Source: Podarcis muralis
Lineage: Eukaryota
Reading direction: 5' to 3'
NCBI RefSeq assembly: GCF_964188315.1
Contig: NC_135668.1
Coordinates: 23,808,001-23,872,000 of the forward strand
Length of the DNA stretch: 64,000 bases
In this document: in pieces, positions 12,631-23,229 of the stretch
Layout: every line of letters begins with the position of its first letter
Position numbering within the stretch: the first letter of the stretch is position 1
Position numbers and translations under genes: made by a program
Notes under the pieces: generated by a model
Told to the model about the DNA's origin: nothing
Database searches by the model: none
The model's input: only the letters and a program-made list of their open reading frames with translations

Positions 12631-13981
12631 CAGAGATGCATTTAACATCAGGGAAAAGAGCAGACACACAAGAAGAATGTCTTTTTTTATTTTACTTTAT
12701 TTTTTAAAATCAAGCTTAATGTACTTTTTTTTTTTTTTTACTTTAAATAATGGTGTTCATCCACAAAGCAAGACTGTATGCCTGGTTTGGACCCACAGAT
12801 GCTAGGAAAAGTGATTTTAAGTGTGTGTGAAGAAACAAACACCACACTTGAGATTTTTTATGAGCTGTTGCCGATATTGGGCTCCTACATGATGGCTTCA
12901 TCTCATAAATGCTTCATCAAGGAAGTAGAAATGGTTGGCTTCCTTGAAATTTACCACGGCTTTTGGGATTCCTACAGATGTGCTCTGTTTATCTAACTTT
13001 CCTGTGAAGCATCTCTTTGGCAGCCCAAAGAGAGAACCTCTCTTCCGTCGTGCAAATCTGGGAAACTTTGCAAAGCTTCACCACCTTTGGCTTGAGTGTC
13101 CGTTTGACATAAAGAAAACAAATCCAAACACTGTAAGTGTGTAGTAAAAGAAAATTCAGGGAAAGAGAGGAGATGACAACTTTATTTTCAAAAGGCACCA
13201 GGGTGTCAATCGAGCTGGTGGTCTGGTTCTTTCAAAAACGCTGACCTTGTGCTCCTTCTTTCCTTAGGGATGGTGATTGTCTCTTCGTATCTTGATGCCT
13301 CTTGACTCTTAAAATTGCAGATTATTTCCCATCTTTTTTTTTTGAAAAGCATTTAACCTTTTGTCATAATTACTGAAACCACTTTTCCTGAAATTAAGTA
13401 ACTGGCAATTTCTGTGCTTTGTTTGTGAACTCTCATGCAGACTCTGATTCAGAGATGACAAATTGAGAGCAATTTTCAGGGGCTTTGAGTTTTGCTGCTT
13501 AGGAAAACATACGGAGAGACTTGGGAATCTGAACTGAGCCTTAGTTCTGCCCTTTGCCTTTGCAGGGTGGTGATTGTGGAATTGCACAGGCACCTTTAAA
13601 GACATATTACCTGCCGCTTGTACCATTGTTTGGAAAAGCGTAGCAAGATGGCAGCCACTTAGTACGTTTCCCTCGAGTGCTACACATGCATTGAATGGCA
13701 AAAAAACTGGCATTGAACTGACATTAATGAATCCTGTGTGATCTAGCAAGCAGAGACATATTCCTTTTTAAACAGATAGAGTAATGAATGTTTTGGTGGC
13801 AGTGTGCGTGCGTATGCGATCGCACTGCTTGTAAACAAACAATTCTTTTTGCTTTGAATGCTCCAATCTCTGTGCATAGATGTCTGTTGCCCCTTAGTTA
13901 TTCTGTTTTTGCTTCTTTAAATGTGGGTGGGTGTCGTGCCCTAGTTAATGTTCCTTGCTTGGGTTATATCGCAGAATGAGC

Positions 13982-13985
<4 letters not shown>

Positions 13986-14019
<34 letters not shown>
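13986..14019. repeat. (GT)n microsatellite
   Basis: Direct reading. Confidence 0.95.
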
Positions 14020-14022
<3 letters not shown>

Positions 14023-14699
14023 AATTTCAGTACATGCATAAAATCGGCTTTTGGGTTATTCTCATTTGGCCTACACATCTGCAGTTTTGCAGGGTAGGTG
14101 AGACTTCTTAAATAGGAAGAACCCCAGTGTAGTGGCTAAAATGACTTCTCGAGGGAAATGCCTGACGTGCCAGCATGCATACCTTTGTGGTGATATCTTC
14201 CTTGGCAGTGGGGAGGAGGAGGCTGTGAGGGCTGAGAGTAGCCTTTTGGAAAAACCTTAAGCTCAAGTCCTCCCAGAGCAAGCTCAAACTCTATGGTTGG
14301 TGGAGGGAGGGGGAAGCTTAAGTGAAAGCATTTTGTTTCCGCTTGAAATGCAAGAAATAGGGGTTGGGGGGGGGGGACACTTTTACTGTTTTTAATTTTG
14401 CTTTGGGTGGAAGGAAGGGAAACAGAAGATCATTGTTTTCGTGGTTGCCAAGCCCTTAGACAACAATTGAGCCTATTGTTGTTGGTCTGCGATTCCAATT
14501 GCTAGAAAGTAACTCGATAGTGAAATATGCACACCAGATTTCAACGAAAACAGCCTTTCTTTACCTGCAAAATGTTCTGTATTAGCAAGAGAAGAGTGGT
14601 CACTTGGAGGGGAGTGGGCAGATGAGCCATAACCCCCAGATTGCTAGCTTTCGTTTTAAAAAGAATTTGTAGAACCTGAGGATCAAACTGCACTGTGAA

Positions 14700-14927
14700 T
14701 TTAAATCAGCACCATACCACTTATAGAGCTACACTTTACAGAGTGGTTTAACAGTCTGTCTTCCCAGGGAATTGTAGTTCTGTGAGGGGAATAAGGGTCT
14801 CCTAACAACTCTCTGCATCCTCAGCTAACTACAGTTCCCAGGATTTGGGTTTTTTTTGGGGGGGGGGGAGCCATGACTGTTTAAAGTGGTATGACACTGC
14901 TTTTAACAGTATAGTAGAGATGAGGCC
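14700..14927. mobile_element. Fold-back MITE (Harbinger-like family), partial
   Basis: aactacagttcccaggatt...gccatgactgtttaaagtggtatgacactgc...gaggcc end shared with copies at 30060, 32027, 45180, 45893 and 57802. Confidence 0.65.
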
Positions 14928-14971
14928 TGAGATATAAAGCAAAATGTACATTCTATATTCTTGACATACAT

Positions 14972-14982
14972 ACACACGCGCG

Positions 14983-15017
<35 letters not shown>

Positions 15018-15056
15018 CGTGTGTGTGTGTGTGTGGGAGAGAGAGAGAGAGAGAAA
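14972..15056. repeat. Compound (CA)(CG)(CT)n(GT)n(GA)n microsatellite
   Basis: Direct reading. Confidence 0.9.
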
Positions 15057-16451
15057 GCCTGATCTTCCCTTTCAGTGTTTTACTTTGTCTCTCTTCCTAC
15101 TGCCCCCCCCCCTACAAAAAAATAAATAAATCCTGTGGTTGCCCATGAGTGTGGCATGTAATCGCATAAATGGAAAGGTCAGTCCTTGCACACATTTTTG
15201 AACAGCATGAACTTCTCGGAAGAAAGGTAGAGTAGAAGTACAGGTGAAAAATCAAGTACAGGACTCAAAGCTCTTGGTAGACATTGTTTCAGCCCTATAA
15301 TTGAGGCAAGGGTTGCTCTCATATCACAGGTTCAGGGCCTAAGACAGAGCGGGTAGTACCACTGCTGGTTCCAAGAGTAGACCCATTGGATTTAATGGGT
15401 GCAACTGGATAAAGCCTAAAGGCCACCTGGCTGCTGCAAGATTTGAACTGGAAAGATCATGGCTCTCACTTGAAGCCACTACATTGCACTGGCCCTCTGT
15501 GCATGCTCCACTAATTGGTACCTAGAATGGTGCCTTTCTCAAGATGTGTGCATGGGATAGATAGAACTACTGCAAATAATTCCACAAAAGTTGCATGCCC
15601 AGATTTTTATTTTATTTTACCAGTACTGTGTGAATTTGTATGAGCTCCTGCCTGGGCAAACAAACCTTTTTTTTTTGTGGTGGGGGTCATAATCCCATAC
15701 TTGGCTTCCTGGATTTGATGATTGCTTACAACAGGTGAGCAGGTGAGTGGCTGTTTATAAGCTTGAGAGAGAAGCTTGCAGTTTCCCAAGGAACTGTTTG
15801 TCCTCCCATGCTGCCAAGATGTTTCCAGGTGCTGCTGTAGAGGCCATTCAGGCTTAATGCAAAAAAGTTGGGCTGTCTTTTTATGGAGGGGGCATATGGT
15901 TAAGCCTTCAAAAGTTTGCTCATCCGTAAATTGGTATCCATATGATTTAAAAGCAAATAAACTCATGTTCAATTAGTGGTTCGCCTAGAAAAATTACAAT
16001 TCTGTTAAGTGCTGCACTGTCAGCAGCATTGTGTCTTCATTGGGGTGGGGCAGAAGAGGTCTATTGCTTATAACGCCAGCATCACTTTAGAAATTCCCAT
16101 GAACTTTATGCCAAGTGGCCCATTTTTCTTTGCCACAGATGGCTCTGTTTGTTTTCTGGTTAAACATTAATTTAACAAAATCAATTTAGGACTCTGCGTT
16201 AAGTGGAGATCAGGTAATTCTCCCTTTTATCTGCTGTAAATAAGAAAACATTTCTCAAGTGTGAACAAGCAAGCAATCCCTGGCAGAGGATTTCATTCGC
16301 AAACAAATGTCTCCTGGTTGATCTACCTTTTGCCTGTTATGATATCGTCTCTGTTAATCATTCATCTATAGTAATGTATACAGGCATATGAGGACAGACA
16401 ACTGTGTTTGCTGCCATTGCTGATTTTTAACATGAAGAGCCGGGGTGGTGG

Positions 16452-16935
16452 GGTGGTGTATTGGTTAGAGCATTGGACTAGGACAGGGGTCTGCAACCTT
16501 TAAGACAAAAAGAGCCACTTGGACCCGTTTCCGAAGGAAAAAAAACCTGGGAGCCGCAAAACCGGGAAGGTGACGTCGGGACGGTGCGTGACTAAGGCAC
16601 GCACCGCCCCCATGTGACGTCACAGCCAGTACAGTGCCCGCCACAGTGGTGAGTGTTGGGGCGCACAATGCGCCTCCTCCTCTCGCTAGTATCTGCCCCG
16701 GAGCCGCGGCAAAGGTGTAAAAGAGCCGCGGGTTGCAGACCCCTGGACTAGGACTTGGGAGCCCAAGGTTCAAATCCCTGCTCAGCCATGAAGCATCCTG
16801 GGTGACCTTCGGCCAGCCACTCTCCCTCCCAGCCTAGTTTACCTCACAAGGTTGTTGTGAGGATTAAATGAGGTGGAAGAGAACCATGTACACCATCTTG
16901 AACTCCTTGGAGAAAAAAATGATATATAAATGCAA
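16452..16935 (+). mobile_element. Old Squam3-like SINE interrupted by a hAT MITE
   Basis: ggtgtattggttagagcattggactagga | cttgggagcccaaggttcaaatccc...ctgggtgaccttcggcc...cctcacaaggttgttgtgagg. Confidence 0.75.
16484..16745. mobile_element. hAT (Charlie/Buster-type) non-autonomous element, 262 bp
   Basis: Perfect 15-bp TIR CAGGGGTCTGCAACC/GGTTGCAGACCCCTG. Perfect 8-bp TSD GACTAGGA (16476-16483, 16746-16753) with central TA. Confidence 0.95.
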
Positions 16936-16959
16936 TGAGTTAACATAAAATAGCCACAA

Positions 16960-17258
16960 TGGTTGCCAGTTCATTTCCGAGCTGAATTCAAGGTGCTCAT
17001 GTTTATGTTTAAAGCCCTAGACAACTTAGGCCCAAAATGTCTGAAAGACCACCTCCTTCCTTACAGATGGGCTCAGGTTTTAAGATTAACATAGGGGGCC
17101 CTATTTGTAGTTCTACTTCCCTCAGAAACTCCGAGGGTTGGCCAAGGAGGGCATTCTCTGTGGCAGCCTCTAAGCTGTGGAGCTTCTTCCTCACAGAGGT
17201 ATATCTGTTACCCTCACTATGCAGTTTTATGTGTCTGCTGAAAACGCACCTCTTGTAA
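16960..17258 (+). mobile_element. L2 LINE ORF2 3' fragment, decayed
   Basis: Reads WLPVHFRAEFKVLMFMFKAL..., then in another frame RRAFSVAASKLWS...FMCLLKTHLL, an L2 C-terminal motif. Confidence 0.8.
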
Positions 17259-18778
17259 TTTTTTTAAACAGCTTTTCATGTATTTTATATTGTTGTGACC
17301 TTCGGATGAAGGGCTGATAATAGATGAAATTAGATGGTGATGATGATAATCCTTATACCACTGAAAACCTCATTACCGAACCAAATACCTCTCCTAACAT
17401 GAATGTACCCAGACCATACAAGTGTCATTTGGGGCCCTTCGTGGTTTACCCCTCCTTTTCCAGAGGTGCCCCCCCCAAGCTAACATATACAAAATGCAAT
17501 AACCAAAACATTGCAATTTAAAGATTTAATAAAATCAATTGAAGCGCAGTAAATCATCTGAGGCCCTTATTTGTGTGCCCCGCCCTCCAAGAGGCAGTCA
17601 GAAGGTGGGAACAAGGGGAAAAGCCTTCTTTAGATTGGAAGTGGAATGCTCTCTCCATTGAAGTCCGCCTTAGGCCAAAACTGATTTCTTTCCAGCACCA
17701 GGTGAAAGGCTCATCACCCGGCATTAGATTGGATTTGAAAAGTTTTTGTTAAAGCCGTCTAAAGCATGGACTCCCATGTGTTAGGCGACCCACTAATTAA
17801 TTAATTGAATAAATAATATATTGTCTATTGCACTTCTGTCATGATCTGTGGCCAGTGCAAAAATAAAACTGAAAATGTATGTTGGCAGCAGGGGAACAGG
17901 GTGTAATGTTGTCTTAATGCAAGGTGGAAGGGTGTAAAGGAAATGGCTTAATTGCGTGACTTTTTGCATATGAAGGAAGAAATTAAGAATTCACGAGGAG
18001 TTCAGAATGCCTTGGGTCAATGAGATTCATTGGAAATTTTTTTGTTAAGACCTTAAAAAGGAACACGAGTAGGCTGTTGGCTTTTCAGTAGTTATTTTTA
18101 TAACCCCATGAAGGGGGTTGTGAAATTCACATGGCCAGCAGAATTTAAGGCAGTGTTTTTCAAACTGTTCTGGGGAAATTGGAAGTTCCTTAGAAGCTCA
18201 TCTGGGAATCCTCAGTGAGAAGGTCAGTCTGGTGAGCGAGTTTCCTTGACAGATGGTTTGCCCCGTGTTACCAACAACACACAGCTGTGAGGAAGTGTTT
18301 GTCTGCAGTGTGTGGAAGAGGCCCAGCAGGCCAGTGCGAGCTGCAGGCCTCCTAAGACACTCTCCAGAAACCTAAGGCATTCACATGTGTATGAATGCAT
18401 GAAGTGGGAGTAGGAGCTTCCCCCCTGCACACTGAAGCACTTGCTGGCTGTGTGTTAGTGCACCTGCTTTGTGTGCCGAAGTTTCCAGGTTCAATTCCCG
18501 GCATCACCAAGTAGGACCGGGGAAATGAATTTTTGTGTAATGGGACTGTGGGAGCTCAGTTCTGGTACTGAAATCCAGTTCCTGGGCTAAGAGCATGTAC
18601 TCAGAAGTATCTTGCCTCTTAACTCTTAAAGAGTATGTTTGCACCTGACTCCCGTGTGTGGATCTGGGGTTTGGGGGTGTTGAGTGAACATTAAACAGAG
18701 CCTGGAAACCTGAAGTAGAAATAGGAGCATCAAACTGGTAAAGCATCTAGAAACCAGGTTTTGCCCATGTGTTTAGAA

Positions 18779-18847
18779 CAGTGGTTTTCAACCACTGTGC
18801 TGTGGCACCCTGGGGTGCCTTGAATGATGGTCAGGGGTGCTGCGGGC
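18779..18847. mobile_element. Left end of a hAT-type element running into the assembly gap
   Basis: TIR-like CAGTGGTTTTCAACC preceded by GTTTAGAA (NNNTANNN). Right end not visible. Confidence 0.55.
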
Positions 18848-19018
18848 NNNNNNNNNNNNNNNNNNNNNNNNNNNNNNNNNNNNNNNNNNNNNNNNNNNNN
18901 NNNNNNNNNNNNNNNNNNNNNNNNNNNNNNNNNNNNNNNNNNNNNNNNNNNNNNNNNNNNNNNNNNNNNNNNNNNNNNNNNNNNNNNNNNNNNNNNNNNN
19001 NNNNNNNNNNNNNNNNNN
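18848..19018. other. Assembly gap (171 N)
   Basis: Direct reading. Confidence 1.
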
Positions 19019-19120
19019 CTCTGCCTCCCAAATGCTTGCACAGATGTTTGTTGCAGCAGCCCTAGCTACAAGCTCCCCAGGTGAATGCTGCCTCTGGGGC
19101 TGGTCAGGGGGTGCTTCTCA

Positions 19121-19310
19121 GGAGAGCCAGTGTGGTGTAGTGGTTAAGAACAGTGGACTCATAATCTGGTGACCAGGAGTGGCAGCTGTGGCTAGTCCAG
19201 CACCTGCTTTGCATACAGAGGACCCCTGGTTCAGTCCAGGTAGGGCTGGACGAAACCTCTCTCTGAATTCCTGGAGACCCACTGCCAGTGTAGGCAAGAC
19301 TGAGCTGACT
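19121..19310 (+). mobile_element. Squam3-like SINE head (about 50 bp) joined to a tRNA-Ala-like SINE
   Basis: ggagagccagtgtggtgtagtggttaagaacagtggactcataatctggtgacc, then gcacctgctttgcatacagagg...ctggagacccactgccagtgtaggcaagactgagct. Confidence 0.65.
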
Positions 19311-20769
19311 CTGTTCAAGGCAGCAAATGAATCTTTCATTCAGAATCATCCAGTTCAGCGACAGCAGTGAACTCGAGGAGGTGTTTACATCTTGCTTGGT
19401 TTTTACTTGCTTGGGACAGAGTTTACCAGCCGCTCTGGGTTGTCGTAGATTCCTATTTTGGATGTATAACGACAGTGAAAAGGCTCTCAAGTGGATTGTG
19501 GTTTCTTGCTCAGAGCAGTATGATAAAGGCATGTGGCCATTGTGCAGCAGCCAGACAATTCCCTTTCCAAGATTAGTAAGTGGGGAGTGTCAAGTGTGAT
19601 TTCATAAGCATTTCCAGATAATGGTGGCAGGAGCATGCTTGGTTCACATGAATTTCCATTGAATTTGCGTAGTTAACCCTACTTCACAAGAAAGCGAAAT
19701 GTCTTTTTTAAAAAAGTGATTTATATAATAATTTTCCTTTGTCTGATGTTTTGCACAAGTACATTTCCGGTGTGAGCAGAGATTTCTTTAACCCCCTTGT
19801 CCAGGGTAAAATGTTTGATGAACTTACAATTTGTCTTTCCTGTTGCTTGGAGACGCTTGAGAACTGTAGAACGGGATTGGGAAACCTTGGGCCTGTGGCC
19901 CCCCAGGTCTCACTATCTGGCCCTTGGGACTCTTCCTTGGACATCCTAGCCTATCTCTGTGCCATCCTTGTGTACTTTTCCCAGCTGGAATGTGATGATG
20001 CTTCTTACTTGCCTAGATGGTAAGATACCTGTGTTAGATGGGGTGGGGGATGGTTGTGTAAAATCCTCTTGGTTGGTTGGAATGTAGCCCTTGCCATAGA
20101 AAGGGTTGTACTCACTGTTCTTCCCACTTTTGATAGGCAGGAAGCACGTTTTGAGATGGCAGCAACAAGAGTGGAAGGCACGAGGGATGGGGAAGAGCTT
20201 TGCCTACAATTCTGGGCTGCTGCTTCTAGCCAAAGAACGTAATAGTAGACTAGCTTAGGGGTTGCAAACTTATCTCCCCCACGATCCCTGTGGGCATGTG
20301 GGTTGGCATGGTCAACCAAACTGAGCAGGATTTAATGCTTCCTCCCTCATCAGCTTAAATAAATAAAATAAATTTGTACTCCTATTAAGGCTTCATGCAT
20401 TCGTGCTGCAGCTACTGAAAATTTGAGATAACCCAGTGGCTAATACTACCAAAACCTTTCTCCCTGGTTTGCTAATGTGACCATTTTTGAATTACACATG
20501 TTATTTGGAATGATGTTTCAGATTGCCTCGATAGATAAGCAGCATTAAAAACAAGACAGTCAGTTTCACCTCTGTTTGTAGGCTTCCTAGAAATTCTCTG
20601 GTATTTGAATGTTCAGCCCTATGGTTAACAATAAACTTTTGTCTTTTGGGGAGACAGAACATGATGTCCTATGTTTTAGTTTTGCGTTTTATGAAAAACA
20701 ACTCGTAAGAAACAGTGCCTTCAGAATACAAACAAACTTGTTTGACTTAATTTGTTAAATGTAGGTGGG

Positions 20770-20772
<3 letters not shown>

Positions 20773-20808
<36 letters not shown>
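20773..20808. repeat. (GT)n microsatellite
   Basis: Direct reading. Confidence 0.95.
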
Positions 20809-20811
<3 letters not shown>

Positions 20812-21061
20812 CTGCATACGTATATCAGGAAGGGGAACAAAAACCCTTTGTTCTTCCCTCCCAAGTCTCAAAGATGAGCTTTGTATATAAGTTGGGTGCC
20901 TCTTGCTAATCTTTCCATTGTTTTAGAGTTGGCTTTATCATTCTGATCAAGGTGTGTGCTGAGTGCACTGGGTGCTACAGTGACATGCCTCTTGTTTACA
21001 CAGCCCTCTTTACCTTGTTGCTCCTTTTATCCTGTATGTAGACTCCTGGTCTCTACTGAAC

Positions 21062-21395
21062 TGATAAGAATGCAAGAAGAGCCCTGCAGAATTGGGTGGC
21101 GTTAGGCTCATCTAGTCCAGCATTCTGTTCTCACAGTGGCCAACCAGGTGCCCCCAAAGCCCACTAGAAGGACCTTTACTGACCAGCACTTTCCCCACTT
21201 GCAGTTCGCAGCAACTGGCATTCACAGAGAATACTGCTCCCAACAGTGGAGGGAGAACATAGTAGCCATTGACAGCAGCCTCCATGACTTTTGGCTAAAC
21301 CCCATTTGAAGCTACCTAGGTTGGCAGCTGTTACTTGATCTTGTGGGAGCGGATCCCATAGTTTCACTAGGCACTGTGCGAAGTAGTGCACCTTG
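21062..21395 (-). mobile_element. CR1 3' fragment
   Basis: ORF 21176-21391(-) HYFAQCLVKLWDPLPQDQVTAANLGSFKWGLAK plus the tail signature. Confidence 0.85.
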
Positions 21396-21464
21396 GGGTG
21401 GCCCAGTAATACGGGTTGCCAGAAGATTCAGGACAGCCAAAATGAAATACGTCGCTTCCTACAG

Positions 21465-21785
21465 TAAGAACATAGATAGAGCTCTGCTGGATCAGACTAA
21501 AGGCCAATCTAGCCCAGCATCCTGGACAACCAGAGCAGGACACCAGCACAGCAACATTTCCTTGTGATTCTCAGCAACTGGTATTCAGAAGCATGCTGCC
21601 ACCAGCAGCAGAGATAGAACATAGCCTCAGTGGTTAGTAGCCGCAGTGTGGTAGCCTTACAGTCCATGAATTTGCCCAATGCTCTTTTATAGCGGTCCAG
21701 GTTGGTGACCTTCACTACATCTTGTAAGAGCAAACCCCATCATTTAACTATGTGCTGTGAATTTTCATCTGTCCTGTCCTGGTTA
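21465..21785 (-). mobile_element. Second tandem CR1 3' fragment
   Basis: aagaacatagatagagctctgctggatcagac tail. ORF 21509-21733(-) LLQDVVKVTNLDRYKRALGKFMD. Confidence 0.85.
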
Positions 21786-21798
21786 GAAAGCCAATTTA

Positions 21799-22136
21799 CA
21801 GTGGTGCCCCGCAAGACGAATGCCTCGCAAGACGGAAAACCCGCTAGACGAAAGGGTTTTCCATTTGCGATGCACTTCGCAAGACGAATTTCCCTATGGG
21901 CTTGCTTCGCAAGACGAAAATGTCTTGCGAGTCTTGCCATTTTTCCCCCGCTTCCCCCCCTTTTTCTAAGCCGCTAATAGCCTTTTAGCAGCTAAGCCGC
22001 TAAGCCTTTAATAGCCGCTAAACCGCTAATAGCGCTAATCCGCTTAGCCGCTAATGGGGTTGCTTCACAAGACGAAAAAACCGCTAGACGAAGAGAATCG
22101 TGGAACGGATTCTTTTCGTCTTGCGAGGCACCACTG
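21799..22136. mobile_element. Tc1/mariner (Tigger-like) MITE, 338 bp, CpG-rich
   Basis: 22-bp TIR CAGTGGTGCC(C/T)CGCAAGACGAA with one mismatch. TA TSD at 21797-21798 and 22137-22138. Confidence 0.92.
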
Positions 22137-23036
22137 TATTTAGTTAGGGGGGAAAGTTCTCCAGGCCGTGCCCAACTGCAAAGGTGTACCTGAAACGTAG
22201 CTAAAGTCCCCAAACCAATTAAAATCCAATATGCACACAAACTTTATCATTAAAAACCAAAGATAGAATCGGTAAATCTTTGAGAACTTGCCTGTGTCTT
22301 GTGTTGGAGGCAGGAAACTACTTGATGGCATAAATGATGTCTGTATGTGGTATCTGGGGTTTGGGTGGAAAGTCAAACTGTGGGCCAGATTGAGCCTATT
22401 TTTCGCCTTCCAATCTATCACTCTGAACAGCTGTTCCGTTTTGCACACAGTTGTGAGGTTTTATTTTCAGGCGGGGGCAGGAGAACAGCAGCTGCCCCAT
22501 GGCACTTCATCTGGGTAGCAAAACTGCAGGTGCCTTTCCCATCCAGTTTCTCCTGCCACCTGCTCCTATATCGCTGGGATGGCAGCACCCACAGATCATA
22601 TTTGTTTCCCACCCCCCTCCAGGCATTTCAGGCCTGCAGAAAGTCCCAGGTTCACTCTCCAGAGTCTCTAGGAAAGACTTGGAAAAATTGGACCCTGGGC
22701 CTTTCCGTATGCAAAGCAGATACTCTGCCCCTCTGCTGTGACTCTTGCCCAGACAATTCCTGCTGCCAGTGCGCTGCTTGGCGGTGGAGCATCACATTTC
22801 AGATCGGCAAAATGTAAATATTGAAGTGCGGCAAAGAGCCCACATTTAAAACGCCTGTGCAGCATTTAAAATGCATTTATTGTGCCGATTTGCTTATATG
22901 GAGTGCAGAAATGTAACTTGCTTGGGTGCAGGATTATTGTGACGTTCAATCCTTTAAGCATATGTTACAGATATCCAAAATGCCACCATGGAAAGGGCGC
23001 AGGACACATTTAAGAAGATCAGTCCAATGGAGGAGC

Positions 23037-23229
23037 CAATACTCAGCTGTAGGGCATCTGCCTTGCATGCAGAAGGCCCCAGGCTCCATCCCTGGTGTCT
23101 CCAGGTAGGGTTGGGAAAAGCCTTTCTGGCTGAAATCCTGGACAGCTGCTGCCGTTCAGTGTGGACAGTACTGAGCTGGATGCACCAGGGGTTTGACTCC
23201 GCGTAAGAGCAACTTCCTGTGTTGTTCCT
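23037..23229 (+). mobile_element. tRNA-Ala-like SINE
   Basis: ctcagctgtagggcatctgccttgcatgcagaaggccccaggctccatccctgg...gtactgagctggatgcacc. Confidence 0.8.

Noticed and set aside
18730-19172. ORFs containing long X runs
   Set aside because: Artefacts of the N gap.
21799-22136. Spaced short repeats resembling a CRISPR-like array
   Set aside because: Irregular spacing, mixed orientation and TA-flanked TIRs show a eukaryotic MITE.
22347-22817. 156-aa ORF
   Set aside because: Runs through a SINE fragment; no domain.
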